Source: a virus
Direction: 5' to 3' (one strand)
IMG/VR virus record: IMGVR_UViG_3300045988_021903
Span: 1 to 36,827 of that record
DNA length: 36,827 nt
Shown here: positions 1-7,288 of the stretch, piece after piece
Layout of the letters: every line of letters begins with the position of its first letter
Position numbering within the stretch: the stretch's first letter is position 1
Made by a program: the position numbers and the translations under genes
The notes under the pieces: model-generated
Told to the model about the DNA's origin: nothing
Seen by the model: the letters and a program-made list of their open reading frames with translations, nothing else
Database searches by the model: none

Positions 1-99
1 GATAAGCTTTTCCCGGCCGACTACGAAGATCGCACCGAACAACAACGCGCTGACTTCCTATCCGGATCGCTGGAAGAAGTGGGAACGGTTCAAAAAAAC
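1..99. repeat. Terminal overlap copy 1, identical to 36729..36827; signature of a circular or circularly permuted 36,728-bp genome
   Basis: Base-for-base identity of 1..99 with 36729..36827, read directly from the sequence. Confidence 0.95.
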
Positions 100-306
100 G
101 AGTTCTGTTTAATGGAACTTTGGGTGAATGCATTGGGGCGCCGGAAAGAAGATTATACAAGCGCGAAAGGGCGCGAACTGGCGGCAGCTATGAGACAGCT
201 AGGCGGATGGTACAAAGGAAAGTTAAATAGAACTAAATTGTACGGCCGACAAGTAATTTATATCCGTAAATGGAGCAAGGAAAGCCAAAAATTACTATCT
301 TTGTGA
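1..306 (+). CDS. C-terminal 101 codons of the primase/helicase gene that starts at 34644 (gene wraps the circular junction)
   Basis: Position 1 (= 36729) is a first codon position of the frame opened at 34644. It reads DKLFPADYEDRTEQQRADFLSG...WYKGKLNRTKLYGRQVIYIRKW, with stop TGA at 304..306. The track ORF 79..306 is the internal-ATG remnant. Confidence 0.85.
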   Translation, partial: DKLFPADYEDRTEQQRADFLSGSLEEVGTVQKNEFCLMELWVNALGRRKEDYTSAKGRELAAAMRQLGGWYKGKLNRTKLYGRQVIYIRKWSKESQKLLSL

Positions 307-376
307 TACCGAATTAAAACAATACTTTCTTTTCTAATTTTTAAGGTTAATACTTTTAGGGTGATTTTTCAGTTAA

Positions 377-412
377 AAAGTCTTTCGTAGTGATACGCGA
401 GACTTTATTTTT
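377..412 (+). terminator. Candidate intrinsic terminator after the primase/helicase gene
   Basis: Stem AAAGTCT (377..383) pairs with AGACTTT (400..406). The loop is about 16 nt and is followed by ATTTTT. Confidence 0.4.
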
Positions 413-442
413 GTTAATATACTAAAGTTTTTTGAGAAAAGT

Positions 443-473
443 TTTGGTAGATCATAATTAAGTCGTATCTTTG
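443..473 (+). promoter_or_regulatory. Bacteroidota-type promoter (early cassette copy 1): -33 TTTG 443..446, 19-nt spacer, -7 TATCTTTG 466..473
   Basis: Matches the TTTG/TAnnTTTG consensus with canonical spacing. It is repeated at 2800..2830 and a variant sits at 29434..29463. Confidence 0.75.
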
Positions 474-515
474 AAATGTCAAAAGGAAATAAACCAATTA
501 AAAATTAAAGATATG
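462..515 (+). repeat. 54-nt exact repeat (promoter -7 box + A-rich leader + ATG), copy 1 of 2
   Basis: gtcgtatctttgaaatgtcaaaaggaaataaaccaattaaaaattaaagatatg is identical at 2819..2872. The upstream ttttggtag is also shared, with the same 11-nt gap. Confidence 0.95.
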
Positions 516-797
516 AAAAGTAATCAAGGAATAGTAGACGATAAAGAAATGACAGCCCGCCGCCGCTTTTGGAACAAAAGAGGATTTTTTGGGGAGCCTA
601 CAAAGAAACAACTCGAGCGGGATTCAATGAAAATGCAGAAACTAGTTAAGGCGTTGAAAACCTTTTCCCTTGAGGAAGTTAAGAAAATACGCGCTACAAA
701 TTGGCCGGGTAGATCCTTCACCAATGACATGCACACAGTGCGGAACGCTAGCAAATCAGATTTTAATCATGCGATATCAACCTTTAAAATATTTTAG
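513..797 (+). CDS. Hypothetical protein (94 aa), first gene after early promoter copy 1
   Basis: The ATG at 513 ends the duplicated leader. The track start 471 is a TTG inside the -7 box, so I rejected it. No family recognised. Confidence 0.7.
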   Translation: MKSNQGIVDDKEMTARRRFWNKRGFFGEPTKKQLERDSMKMQKLVKALKTFSLEEVKKIRATNWPGRSFTNDMHTVRNASKSDFNHAISTFKIF

Positions 798-800
798 ATC

Positions 801-1085
801 ATGGATTTAGTAAGAAAAAGAATCGACGAGGAATTCGCCGACAGTGAATGCTTCGTTACCAAGCATATTATTTGTGATTTGGAACTGAAAGTAGTTAGAG
901 TTAAGTGCACCGCTGACGAAATTTATACGAACGGCGAATACTATTGGAGCTTAGATTACATCGTTAACGGTTACGCGGAAACTACCTATAATGAATATGT
1001 AGAGTTTATGTATCGGCAAGCTGTAGAAACTGCAAAGCGAATGGAGAAATTTTCGGGAGTTAAAATTAATATTTGGAGGTATTGA
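801..1085 (+). CDS. Hypothetical protein (94 aa)
   Basis: ORF starts 3 nt after the previous stop, same strand, tight packing. No family recognised. Confidence 0.7.
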   Translation: MDLVRKRIDEEFADSECFVTKHIICDLELKVVRVKCTADEIYTNGEYYWSLDYIVNGYAETTYNEYVEFMYRQAVETAKRMEKFSGVKINIWRY

Positions 1086-1086
1086 T

Positions 1087-1230
1087 ATGAAACAGTACGA
1101 AGTGGTATACGGAAAAGCCAATTGGAGATCACGTATCGGTGTTTGGGCGAAGAGCGTTAAAGACGCCCGCCGCCAAGTAGAAGAGAATTTAAAGAACGGT
1201 GCAACAATCATTAAAATTATAGAGTTATGA
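1087..1230 (+). CDS. Hypothetical small protein (47 aa), below the ORF-track cutoff
   Basis: Read manually: MKQYEVVYGKANWRSRIGVWAKSVKDARRQVEENLKNGATIIKIIEL, stop at 1228..1230. It fills an otherwise non-coding gap exactly. Confidence 0.55.
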   Translation: MKQYEVVYGKANWRSRIGVWAKSVKDARRQVEENLKNGATIIKIIEL

Positions 1231-1313
1231 AACAGTTTATAGTTTACACGTTTTGGGCGATCCTATTTGTATTATTCATTTTGTTGTGCTGCGAGCCGAC
1301 AACTAACATTTAA
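1227..1313 (+). CDS. Hypothetical 28-aa single-pass membrane peptide
   Basis: ATGA overlap with the previous stop. Reads MKQFIVYTFWAILFVLFILLCCEPTTNI, with a hydrophobic core. Read manually. Confidence 0.45.
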   Translation: MKQFIVYTFWAILFVLFILLCCEPTTNI

Positions 1314-1318
1314 AAAAT

Positions 1319-1510
1319 ATGATACAGATACTAAGAGCTAATATAGTAACCACAGCGGGAACTATTGTAAGAGACTACACAGAAGTAGCGGACGAACTAG
1401 GGGTCTACATGGTAGAGGATATAGAGGCGGAACGCCAATGCATCGCCGACTATTACACTTCACAAGGGTACACCGTGAAAAGGGTTAATCTAATGTACGT
1501 AACAAAATGA
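1319..1510 (+). CDS. Hypothetical protein (63 aa)
   Basis: Track ORF, with ATGA overlap to the next gene at 1507. Confidence 0.65.
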   Translation: MIQILRANIVTTAGTIVRDYTEVADELGVYMVEDIEAERQCIADYYTSQGYTVKRVNLMYVTK

Positions 1511-1935
1511 TTTTAGATATTATCTTAGCGGCGGTACTTATCGCGATCGCCGCTTATTATCCAATTAAACTTATAAAATTTTACAGTATGGAAAGTTTTG
1601 AACAAGGCCTGAAGGCCAAAATTACACAGGACTTAAGAGAAGGGAGAGTTTCTACTAACCTTATTTTGATGACGACTGGCGCGGGTGGTTTTCGCCTTAT
1701 GCGTAACCAATTAGATGTTATCTTTGAGTGGATGGTTCAGAATACGAACGCATGGAAAGTGCACACGTACGCAGACGAAAAGATAGTAGTGGTGTTTGCA
1801 CATTCTCCATTCCACCCGGAAGAGTGGGACAATTACGAGGACTACAAACACGTTATGCGCCAAATGTTCGGCGATTACGGAACAAAGGATTTTTTTCACG
1901 TCCCGTACCACTGTGGAAGAATCTGGCCGGATTAG
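1507..1935 (+). CDS. Hypothetical membrane-anchored protein (142 aa)
   Basis: N-terminal hydrophobic segment ILDIILAAVLIAIAAYYPI. No family recognised. It contains a T7 run at 1890..1896 (see findings). Confidence 0.7.
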   Translation: MILDIILAAVLIAIAAYYPIKLIKFYSMESFEQGLKAKITQDLREGRVSTNLILMTTGAGGFRLMRNQLDVIFEWMVQNTNAWKVHTYADEKIVVVFAHSPFHPEEWDNYEDYKHVMRQMFGDYGTKDFFHVPYHCGRIWPD

Positions 1936-2203
1936 GAAAAACCTAGCCGCTATTGACCACCCGATTAATAAGTTTGATTACGTTATCTTCAATCACGAAG
2001 GAATGGAAACTCTAGGAATGATAACGGATATTAGTGTATATAATCACGAGTGCATTGTTCGCATATTTTCCGGACCGAAAAAAGGTATGTTTTACGCGGG
2101 TAACATATCGGAGTTCATAGCGGTAAGCCATGAATCAGCCCTGAAAGAATTGATAAGACAAAAGGAAGAATGGAAAGAAAATAAAAAATACAGCAATGAG
2201 TAA
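1913..2203 (+). CDS. Hypothetical protein with uncertain start (GTG 1913 or ATG 2003, or a fusion to 1507..1935 by a frame shift at the T7 run)
   Basis: The frame is open from 1796 to 2203, but there is no ATG between 1796 and 2003. The downstream part (DHPINKFDYVIFNHEGMETLGMITDISVYNHECIVRIF...) does not overlap another gene. Confidence 0.5.
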   Translation: MEESGRIRKNLAAIDHPINKFDYVIFNHEGMETLGMITDISVYNHECIVRIFSGPKKGMFYAGNISEFIAVSHESALKELIRQKEEWKENKKYSNE

Positions 2204-2465
2204 CAAGAAAAAATTAAAATCAAAGGACGGTGCTACACGGATCACACCGGATAAGTACACAGGAGATTTTTGTGGACGGTTTAAGCTGCAAGTATATGAC
2301 AAGGCTAGCGACAGTTGGAAAGACCTGGAAGGGTGCGGCGGTCTGACATGGACGGAAGCGACCACAGCCCGGAAGAACTTCGTAGCACTACGCAGAGCGT
2401 GCAAAGTGGCAAACAGAGCGAGCCTTAACATTAACGTACCAACGAATGAAGGCAACGGAAACTAG
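2196..2465 (+). CDS. Hypothetical protein (89 aa), weak resemblance to an AP2-type DNA-binding domain
   Basis: ATGAGTAA start/stop overlap. GRFKLQVYDKASDSWKDLEGCGGLTWTEATTARKNF loosely resembles the AP2 pattern (g-w-a-i...lG-f-t-eeA). This is recognition by eye only. Confidence 0.6.
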   Translation: MSNKKKLKSKDGATRITPDKYTGDFCGRFKLQVYDKASDSWKDLEGCGGLTWTEATTARKNFVALRRACKVANRASLNINVPTNEGNGN

Positions 2466-2754
2466 TGAGAAGGTATTCGAGCGTACTATGTCTAAGTACG
2501 TCGAGAGTAAAGGAGGGATGGCAGTTAAACTGCTGTCCCAATTTATTAATGGCTTGCCGGATCGAATGTACTTGTTACCGGGCGGTACGGTTATATTTGT
2601 TGAGTTCAAGTCTACGGGCTGCAAGCCTAGACCAATACAGCGCGTTATACTGGACCGGATCGCCGCGCTCGACTTCAATGTACGTGTAGTGTCGAACCCC
2701 GACGAGTACAACGATTTGAAGGAATTAATAGACTTTTACGTTAACGGACGTTAA
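2446..2754 (+). CDS. VRR-NUC domain nuclease (102 aa)
   Basis: PD-(D/E)XK signature GLPDRMYLLPGGTVIFVEFKSTGCKPRPIQ. Size and context (with SNF2, PolA, DUF2800 and DUF2815) are typical. Confidence 0.8.
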   Translation: MKATETSEKVFERTMSKYVESKGGMAVKLLSQFINGLPDRMYLLPGGTVIFVEFKSTGCKPRPIQRVILDRIAALDFNVRVVSNPDEYNDLKELIDFYVNGR

Positions 2755-2799
2755 CTAAGAACGTTTAATGCAAATCAAAGTTAGGAGTTTACCCTATAT

Positions 2800-2830
2800 T
2801 TTGGTAGTCCGATAACTTGTCGTATCTTTG
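2800..2830 (+). promoter_or_regulatory. Bacteroidota-type promoter (early cassette copy 2): TTTG 2800..2803, 19-nt spacer, TATCTTTG 2823..2830
   Basis: Same architecture and sequence as 443..473. Confidence 0.75.
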
Positions 2831-2872
2831 AAATGTCAAAAGGAAATAAACCAATTAAAAATTAAAGATATG
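2819..2872 (+). repeat. 54-nt exact repeat (promoter -7 box + leader + ATG), copy 2 of 2
   Basis: Identical to 462..515. Confidence 0.95.
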
Positions 2873-3025
2873 TTAGAACTAATAAAAGGATTTGGAGAAT
2901 TTAATAACTGGAGAGGTTGTATAGGCATTTACTTCACGCAGAAAGATTTAAGACCGCTAAAGAAATTAGGCATAACAACCGAGACTAGCCTAAAGGACGC
3001 GTATATTATTTTATCTAAAATATAA
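2870..3025 (+). CDS. Hypothetical protein (51 aa), first gene after early promoter copy 2
   Basis: The ATG at 2870 sits at the end of the duplicated leader. The track start 2828 is a TTG in the -7 box. Confidence 0.6.
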   Translation: MLELIKGFGEFNNWRGCIGIYFTQKDLRPLKKLGITTETSLKDAYIILSKI

Positions 3026-3077
3026 GAATAAATCAATTAACCCGGGCGGGTAACACCGCCCACAACACCCAAAAGAT

Positions 3078-3248
3078 ATGAAAGAGAAACTTTTAGAAGC
3101 AATGAACGCCGGGATATTTAAAGCGCACCTATTATTAGAGTACACAGGTTGTACAGATCTAAACGAGTTTTGCGAGGCGATGCTATCCTTGGTAAGGGAG
3201 AAAAGGATCAGAAGATCAGAAGTTACAGGATATTACGAAGTTATATAA
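3078..3248 (+). CDS. Hypothetical small protein (56 aa), possibly winged-helix-like
   Basis: Read manually: MKEKLLEAMNAGIFKAHLLLEYTGCTDLNEFCEAMLSLVREKRIRRSEVTGYYEVI, stop at 3246..3248. It fills the gap. The overlapping track ORF 3149.. is better started at 3269. Confidence 0.55.
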   Translation: MKEKLLEAMNAGIFKAHLLLEYTGCTDLNEFCEAMLSLVREKRIRRSEVTGYYEVI

Positions 3249-3268
3249 ATCATTTAAAAATTAGAATC

Positions 3269-3700
3269 ATGAAAAAGTTAATCAGTATTTTAGCAGTAGT
3301 TTTGTTATCAGTTAGCGCAATGGCACAAGTATCATCCGCAAGCGGGAGCCTAAAGACGCTTAAGTCTTTCCGCCTGGGAACATGTAAGATCGTAGAAGTA
3401 ACGAAGGGCGACGCGGTAACCTATCAGATCACCGGACAACTAGCCGGGACTAGTTCCCTGGAAATGGACATCGATCTAGGCGACGCAGACGCAGCAGTTA
3501 AGACACTCTTAAGTCTGGCCGAGTACAAACCATCAAGCAGCAACGAGATAGTACACCTTAACAACCCGGCGGGACATACCGCACGTTTCCCAAAGATGGC
3601 GGGTGTGTGGCAGATATTCAGCCCGGGCAATCAGTTCACCGTTAACATCTCACGTAACGAACTTAAGAAGATGGCGGAAGCAATAACCAATAATAAATAA
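3269..3700 (+). CDS. Secreted protein with cleavable signal peptide (143 aa), function unknown
   Basis: MKKLISILAVVLLSVSAMA-QVSS is a classic Sec signal with an AxA cleavage site. The A-rich leader ttaaaaattagaatc sits upstream. Confidence 0.7.
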   Translation: MKKLISILAVVLLSVSAMAQVSSASGSLKTLKSFRLGTCKIVEVTKGDAVTYQITGQLAGTSSLEMDIDLGDADAAVKTLLSLAEYKPSSSNEIVHLNNPAGHTARFPKMAGVWQIFSPGNQFTVNISRNELKKMAEAITNNK

Positions 3701-3707
3701 GATCATC

Positions 3708-4118
3708 ATGGAAGTATATAGAAACAACAACGGGCAATTACTCAAAGTAACAAAAGCCCAAAACGGGCGGATCGTAGCAAAGTGTGAAAATGAAACGAAG
3801 AGTTTCGAGAACGAAAAGCAGTTTAACGTGCACCTGTACAACAAAGGTTTCCACCTTGCAATGACAGACCGAGCCACACTGTTTGCACGCCGCTACGAAG
3901 AAGCCAAAGACTTATCAACGTTTATCGATACGCTCCCCAACAGGGAACTAGCTTTTCAGAAAGACGGATCAATTTACACATGTTGGTTTTTGGAGTTCAA
4001 GCCTAACGGAATGGTAGAAGTTAAGGCTAATACCGATTTCTCATACACCAACGGACTAGGCTATAAAGCCGTGACATTGAACCTTTCAGATTTAATCGTA
4101 ATTCAGGGAGATATTTAA
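3708..4118 (+). CDS. Hypothetical protein (136 aa)
   Basis: Track ORF, tight packing, no family recognised. Confidence 0.7.
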   Translation: MEVYRNNNGQLLKVTKAQNGRIVAKCENETKSFENEKQFNVHLYNKGFHLAMTDRATLFARRYEEAKDLSTFIDTLPNRELAFQKDGSIYTCWFLEFKPNGMVEVKANTDFSYTNGLGYKAVTLNLSDLIVIQGDI

Positions 4119-4120
4119 TT

Positions 4121-4549
4121 ATGGTAGACTTCAACAAGAAACTAAAGGTAGACCGCATCAATCTATTTTGTGATGTGGTTACGAAGATGGCGAACGGAAC
4201 GCCCGCCGAGGGCTACACGATTGGGGACGCTATCAAGCAATTACCCGAGAACCTGCAACAGTATTTAATATCGGAAGTGCCGGACGTAATACTAAGAAGG
4301 GAGTACAGCCGCCGGGAACTACACAAGGGTGACAACGTAGCGTTCGAGGGGGCTGACACAATAGCCGAGGTTTACAAGGAAGAAGTGTTTAACGCCGATA
4401 AGGCGGAAGCCGTGAAGGACTTGCTAGGGATCAAATCAAAGTTCCCCGATATACTGGACGTTATCGCCGAGGTCCTTAAGTGTTTTCCGGAACGGTATAC
4501 GATGGATGATATTTACGATATGTTATATAAAAAGGATTTAGGGTTATGA
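4121..4549 (+). CDS. Hypothetical acidic protein (142 aa)
   Basis: Track ORF, with ATGA overlap to the next gene. No family recognised. Confidence 0.7.
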   Translation: MVDFNKKLKVDRINLFCDVVTKMANGTPAEGYTIGDAIKQLPENLQQYLISEVPDVILRREYSRRELHKGDNVAFEGADTIAEVYKEEVFNADKAEAVKDLLGIKSKFPDILDVIAEVLKCFPERYTMDDIYDMLYKKDLGL

Positions 4550-4764
4550 AAACAATAAGAGTAGACGGGCGTACATACGCCGCGGTGGAAGTAGATGAAA
4601 ACACAATGTGCAAAGGCTGCATCTTTTATACGGTCGGGTGGGACATGAATACGCCACGATGCGCCGCGGTTAATATCCCCGAGCTTCAGTGCGACGCGGA
4701 TAATAGGGAGGACGGAAAGAACGTGATATTTAAATTAATGGCTAACAATGTTACAAAGAAGTAA
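4546..4764 (+). CDS. Small Cys4 protein (72 aa), paralog of 7085..7288
   Basis: The pattern G-x-TY-x-A...C-x-GC-x-F...C...C...N(V/I)IFK is shared with 7085..7288. Confidence 0.7.
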   Translation: MKTIRVDGRTYAAVEVDENTMCKGCIFYTVGWDMNTPRCAAVNIPELQCDADNREDGKNVIFKLMANNVTKK

Positions 4765-6136
4765 TTTACACGGCTATCAGCGTACCGCCGTCGAACACAT
4801 CAAGCAACACCCGGACGCGGCTCTGTTCCTTGATATGGGACTGGGAAAGACGGTGAGCACGCTAACGGCCGTAGCCGATCTAATAAACGAGTTCGAAGTA
4901 ACTAAGGTACTTATAGTAGCGCCTAAACGCGTCGCGGAAATGACTTGGGGCGATGAGATCGATAACTGGACGCATATCCGACACCTTCGTTTGTCAGTCA
5001 TTAAAGGCACCGCCAAACAGCGCGAGATCGCAGCAAGGGCTGACGCAGACGTGTACACGGTTAGCCGGGACAATCTCGTATGGCTTCTGCAAATGTGGGG
5101 CGGGTCTAAAGTTCCCTACGACATGTTAGTACTGGACGAGTTAAGCAGCTTCAAAAATCATCAGTCTAAACGCTTCAAGGCCGCAAAGATTATCCGCCGG
5201 AGTGTTAGCCGGGTGGTGGGTCTGACGGGAACGCCCGCGCCAAACGGACTTATTGACCTGTGGGCGCAAATGTATTTAGTCGATGGAGGGCAAAGACTGG
5301 GAAAGACGATCACCGATTACCGGGCCAACTACTTCAGACCGGGCGCGCAGAACGGAGGTATAGTGTACGAGTACAAACCGCTTGCAACAACCGAGGCGGT
5401 ATTAGGCGAGAAGATAGCCGACATCACGTTATCAATGAAAGCCCTAGACTTCCTAGATATGCCGGAACTTACATACCTCAACAACTACGTAGAGTTATCA
5501 CCAAAGGTGAAGAAGCAGTACGATAAGTTCGAGGAGGATCAAGTACTAGAGCTGTTGCGGGACGCCAACTACGACTACGCCGAGATCACCGCACTAAGCG
5601 CAGCGGCCCTGTCAAACAAACTCTTACAGTTCGCGGGCGGTGCGATCTATGACGCGGAACGGAACGTACATACCGTGCATGATGAGAAGCTAGAGACGTT
5701 GGTAGAGATGGTAGAGGCCGCGAACGGGTCGCCCGTACTGGTGGCGTACAACTTCCAGCACGAGAAAGCGCGCATACTGGAAGCCCTGAAGAGCTTTGGC
5801 GCAGAAGCGCTGGAAGGCGTGGATAGCGTACGCAGGTGGAACGAGGGAAAGATACCCGTCCTAGTGACACACCCGGCTAGCGCGGGGCACGGTCTGAATA
5901 TGCAGAAGGGCGGCAACCGTATAATATGGTACGGTACTACTTGGAGCTTGGAATTATACCAACAGTTCAACGCGCGGTTATGGAGGCAGGGACAAAAGAA
6001 TAGCGTGTTTGTCCATCACATTATTACGCGGGGTACGATTGACGAAAGGGTTATTGGAGCATTGACCGGGAAAGCGGATACGCAAAACGGTTTAATGAAT
6101 ATGGTTAAGGAACTAATTAAAAAATATAGAGTATGA
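4748..6136 (+). CDS. SNF2-family (DEAD/DEAH-like) helicase (462 aa)
   Basis: Motif I DMGLGKT, motif II VLDELSSF, motif III LTGTPAPN, motif V ASAGHGLN and motif VI RLWRQGQ. Confidence 0.88.
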   Translation: MLQRSNLHGYQRTAVEHIKQHPDAALFLDMGLGKTVSTLTAVADLINEFEVTKVLIVAPKRVAEMTWGDEIDNWTHIRHLRLSVIKGTAKQREIAARADADVYTVSRDNLVWLLQMWGGSKVPYDMLVLDELSSFKNHQSKRFKAAKIIRRSVSRVVGLTGTPAPNGLIDLWAQMYLVDGGQRLGKTITDYRANYFRPGAQNGGIVYEYKPLATTEAVLGEKIADITLSMKALDFLDMPELTYLNNYVELSPKVKKQYDKFEEDQVLELLRDANYDYAEITALSAAALSNKLLQFAGGAIYDAERNVHTVHDEKLETLVEMVEAANGSPVLVAYNFQHEKARILEALKSFGAEALEGVDSVRRWNEGKIPVLVTHPASAGHGLNMQKGGNRIIWYGTTWSLELYQQFNARLWRQGQKNSVFVHHIITRGTIDERVIGALTGKADTQNGLMNMVKELIKKYRV

Positions 6137-6858
6137 AATACATGGGTAGTAAGTGGCAGATAGCCAAACATATCCTACCTATCATATTAGAAGGTAGAAA
6201 AGACGGTCAATACTATGTAGAGCCGTTTTGCGGCGGGTGCAATATGATAGATAAAGTACCGGGTAATAGAATAGCTAACGATAGCAACCCTTATTTAATT
6301 GCGATGTGGGAGGCGTTGTCCTGGGGGTGGGACCCGCCAAAGACCATAAGCAGGGAGCATTACCTCGATGTGCGGGCAAGCTATAAACAAAATTCAGATG
6401 AATTCCCGATGCATTATACAGGTTGGGTTGGTTTTACGGGGTCTTTTAACGGCACATTTTTCGGTGCGTATACGGGTCACTCAGTTATGGACGCACGCGA
6501 GGGAGTTATAGATTATATAGGCCGGGCAGCCCGTAATATATTAGCTCAAGTCCCGTTAATAGAAGGGGTGCAATTCACTAATCGAAGCTATAACGATATG
6601 AGTATCCCCCCTAATTCTATTATATATTGCGACCCACCGTATGAGGGCGTTTCAAAATATGCATGCTCAATAGACCACAAAAATTTCTGGGATTGGTGCC
6701 GGGAGAGAGTGGCCGAAGGGCATAAGGTGTTTGTTTCTGAATACAACGCCCCGGACGACTTCGTTTGCGTGTGGGAGCGAAAGTTGAGAGTGTGTGTTAA
6801 ACCCGGTAAAGGTAAACAAGCAGTAGAGAAATTATTTATTCATAAATCAAGAGTATGA
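6133..6858 (+). CDS. Dam-like N6-adenine DNA methyltransferase, D12 class (241 aa)
   Basis: SAM motif EPFCGGCN near the N-terminus and catalytic DPPY at 6631..6642. The gene is visibly more AT-rich than the flanking SNF2 gene. Confidence 0.85.
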   Translation: MKYMGSKWQIAKHILPIILEGRKDGQYYVEPFCGGCNMIDKVPGNRIANDSNPYLIAMWEALSWGWDPPKTISREHYLDVRASYKQNSDEFPMHYTGWVGFTGSFNGTFFGAYTGHSVMDAREGVIDYIGRAARNILAQVPLIEGVQFTNRSYNDMSIPPNSIIYCDPPYEGVSKYACSIDHKNFWDWCRERVAEGHKVFVSEYNAPDDFVCVWERKLRVCVKPGKGKQAVEKLFIHKSRV

Positions 6859-7088
6859 AAAAAGTAAATTACAAAGTGGGTGATATCGTAGAACTGGTAG
6901 ACGGTGTACAATACGTGTATCGCGGACAGAATAGGAAACTAAGATATTATGTGTATGATCCGGTATTGCCGAACAGGTTATCGACATTCTTCACCTTGAC
7001 AGATGAAGAGTGTGTAAAGTATGGTTATAATATAGGTGCGGTTCCGTTTGCCTGGAAAATGGACGCAAACGTAAAATTGGTAAAATGA
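6855..7088 (+). CDS. Hypothetical protein (77 aa)
   Basis: Track ORF with ATGA overlaps on both sides. Confidence 0.65.
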   Translation: MKKVNYKVGDIVELVDGVQYVYRGQNRKLRYYVYDPVLPNRLSTFFTLTDEECVKYGYNIGAVPFAWKMDANVKLVK

Positions 7089-7288
7089 GAAAAGTAAAGC
7101 TTATATTTTTCGAGCCGGGACAGAAGGCCGAGCACGAAGGCGTAACATACATAGCCGAGTTACAGGTAAAAGGCGGGCTATGCGCCGGGTGCGTGTTCAA
7201 CAAGCGCGGCGAGCCGTGCGAATGTCCTAGGGGCTGGGTGTGTGTAGATGTAATAGACAGTAGTAACATAATATTTAAGAAGGTATGA
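7085..7288 (+). CDS. Small Cys-rich protein (67 aa), paralog of 4546..4764
   Basis: GVTYIAELQVKGGLCAGCVFNKRGEPCECPRGWVCVDVIDSSNIIFKK aligns with the 4546 product. Confidence 0.7.
   Translation: MRKVKLIFFEPGQKAEHEGVTYIAELQVKGGLCAGCVFNKRGEPCECPRGWVCVDVIDSSNIIFKKV

Noticed and set aside
471-512. N-terminal extensions in the ORF track starting at TTG or GTG (471, 2828, 11296, 31913, 32597).
   Set aside because: The TTG at 471, 2828 and 31913 is the TTG of the promoter -7 box TAnnTTTG. The GTG at 32597 lies inside the terminator hairpin. The downstream ATG after the A-rich leader is the credible start in each case.
1728-1946. Overlapping + strand alternative-frame ORFs, including 1728..1946, 2465..2689, 5260..5526, 9429..9647, 10279..10467, 15007..15192, 23008..23193, 26450..26740, 32091..32279 and 32935..33156.
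   Set aside because: All are embedded in longer genes with clear motifs. Their products are Arg-rich and low-complexity, typical of off-frame translation, and they have no independent start context.
3044-3061. The hairpin GGGCGG-gtaaca-CCGCCC after gene 2870..3025, considered as a terminator.
   Set aside because: No U-tract follows (the sequence continues acaacacccaaaag), and the next gene starts 17 nt later. At most this is an RNA-stability element.
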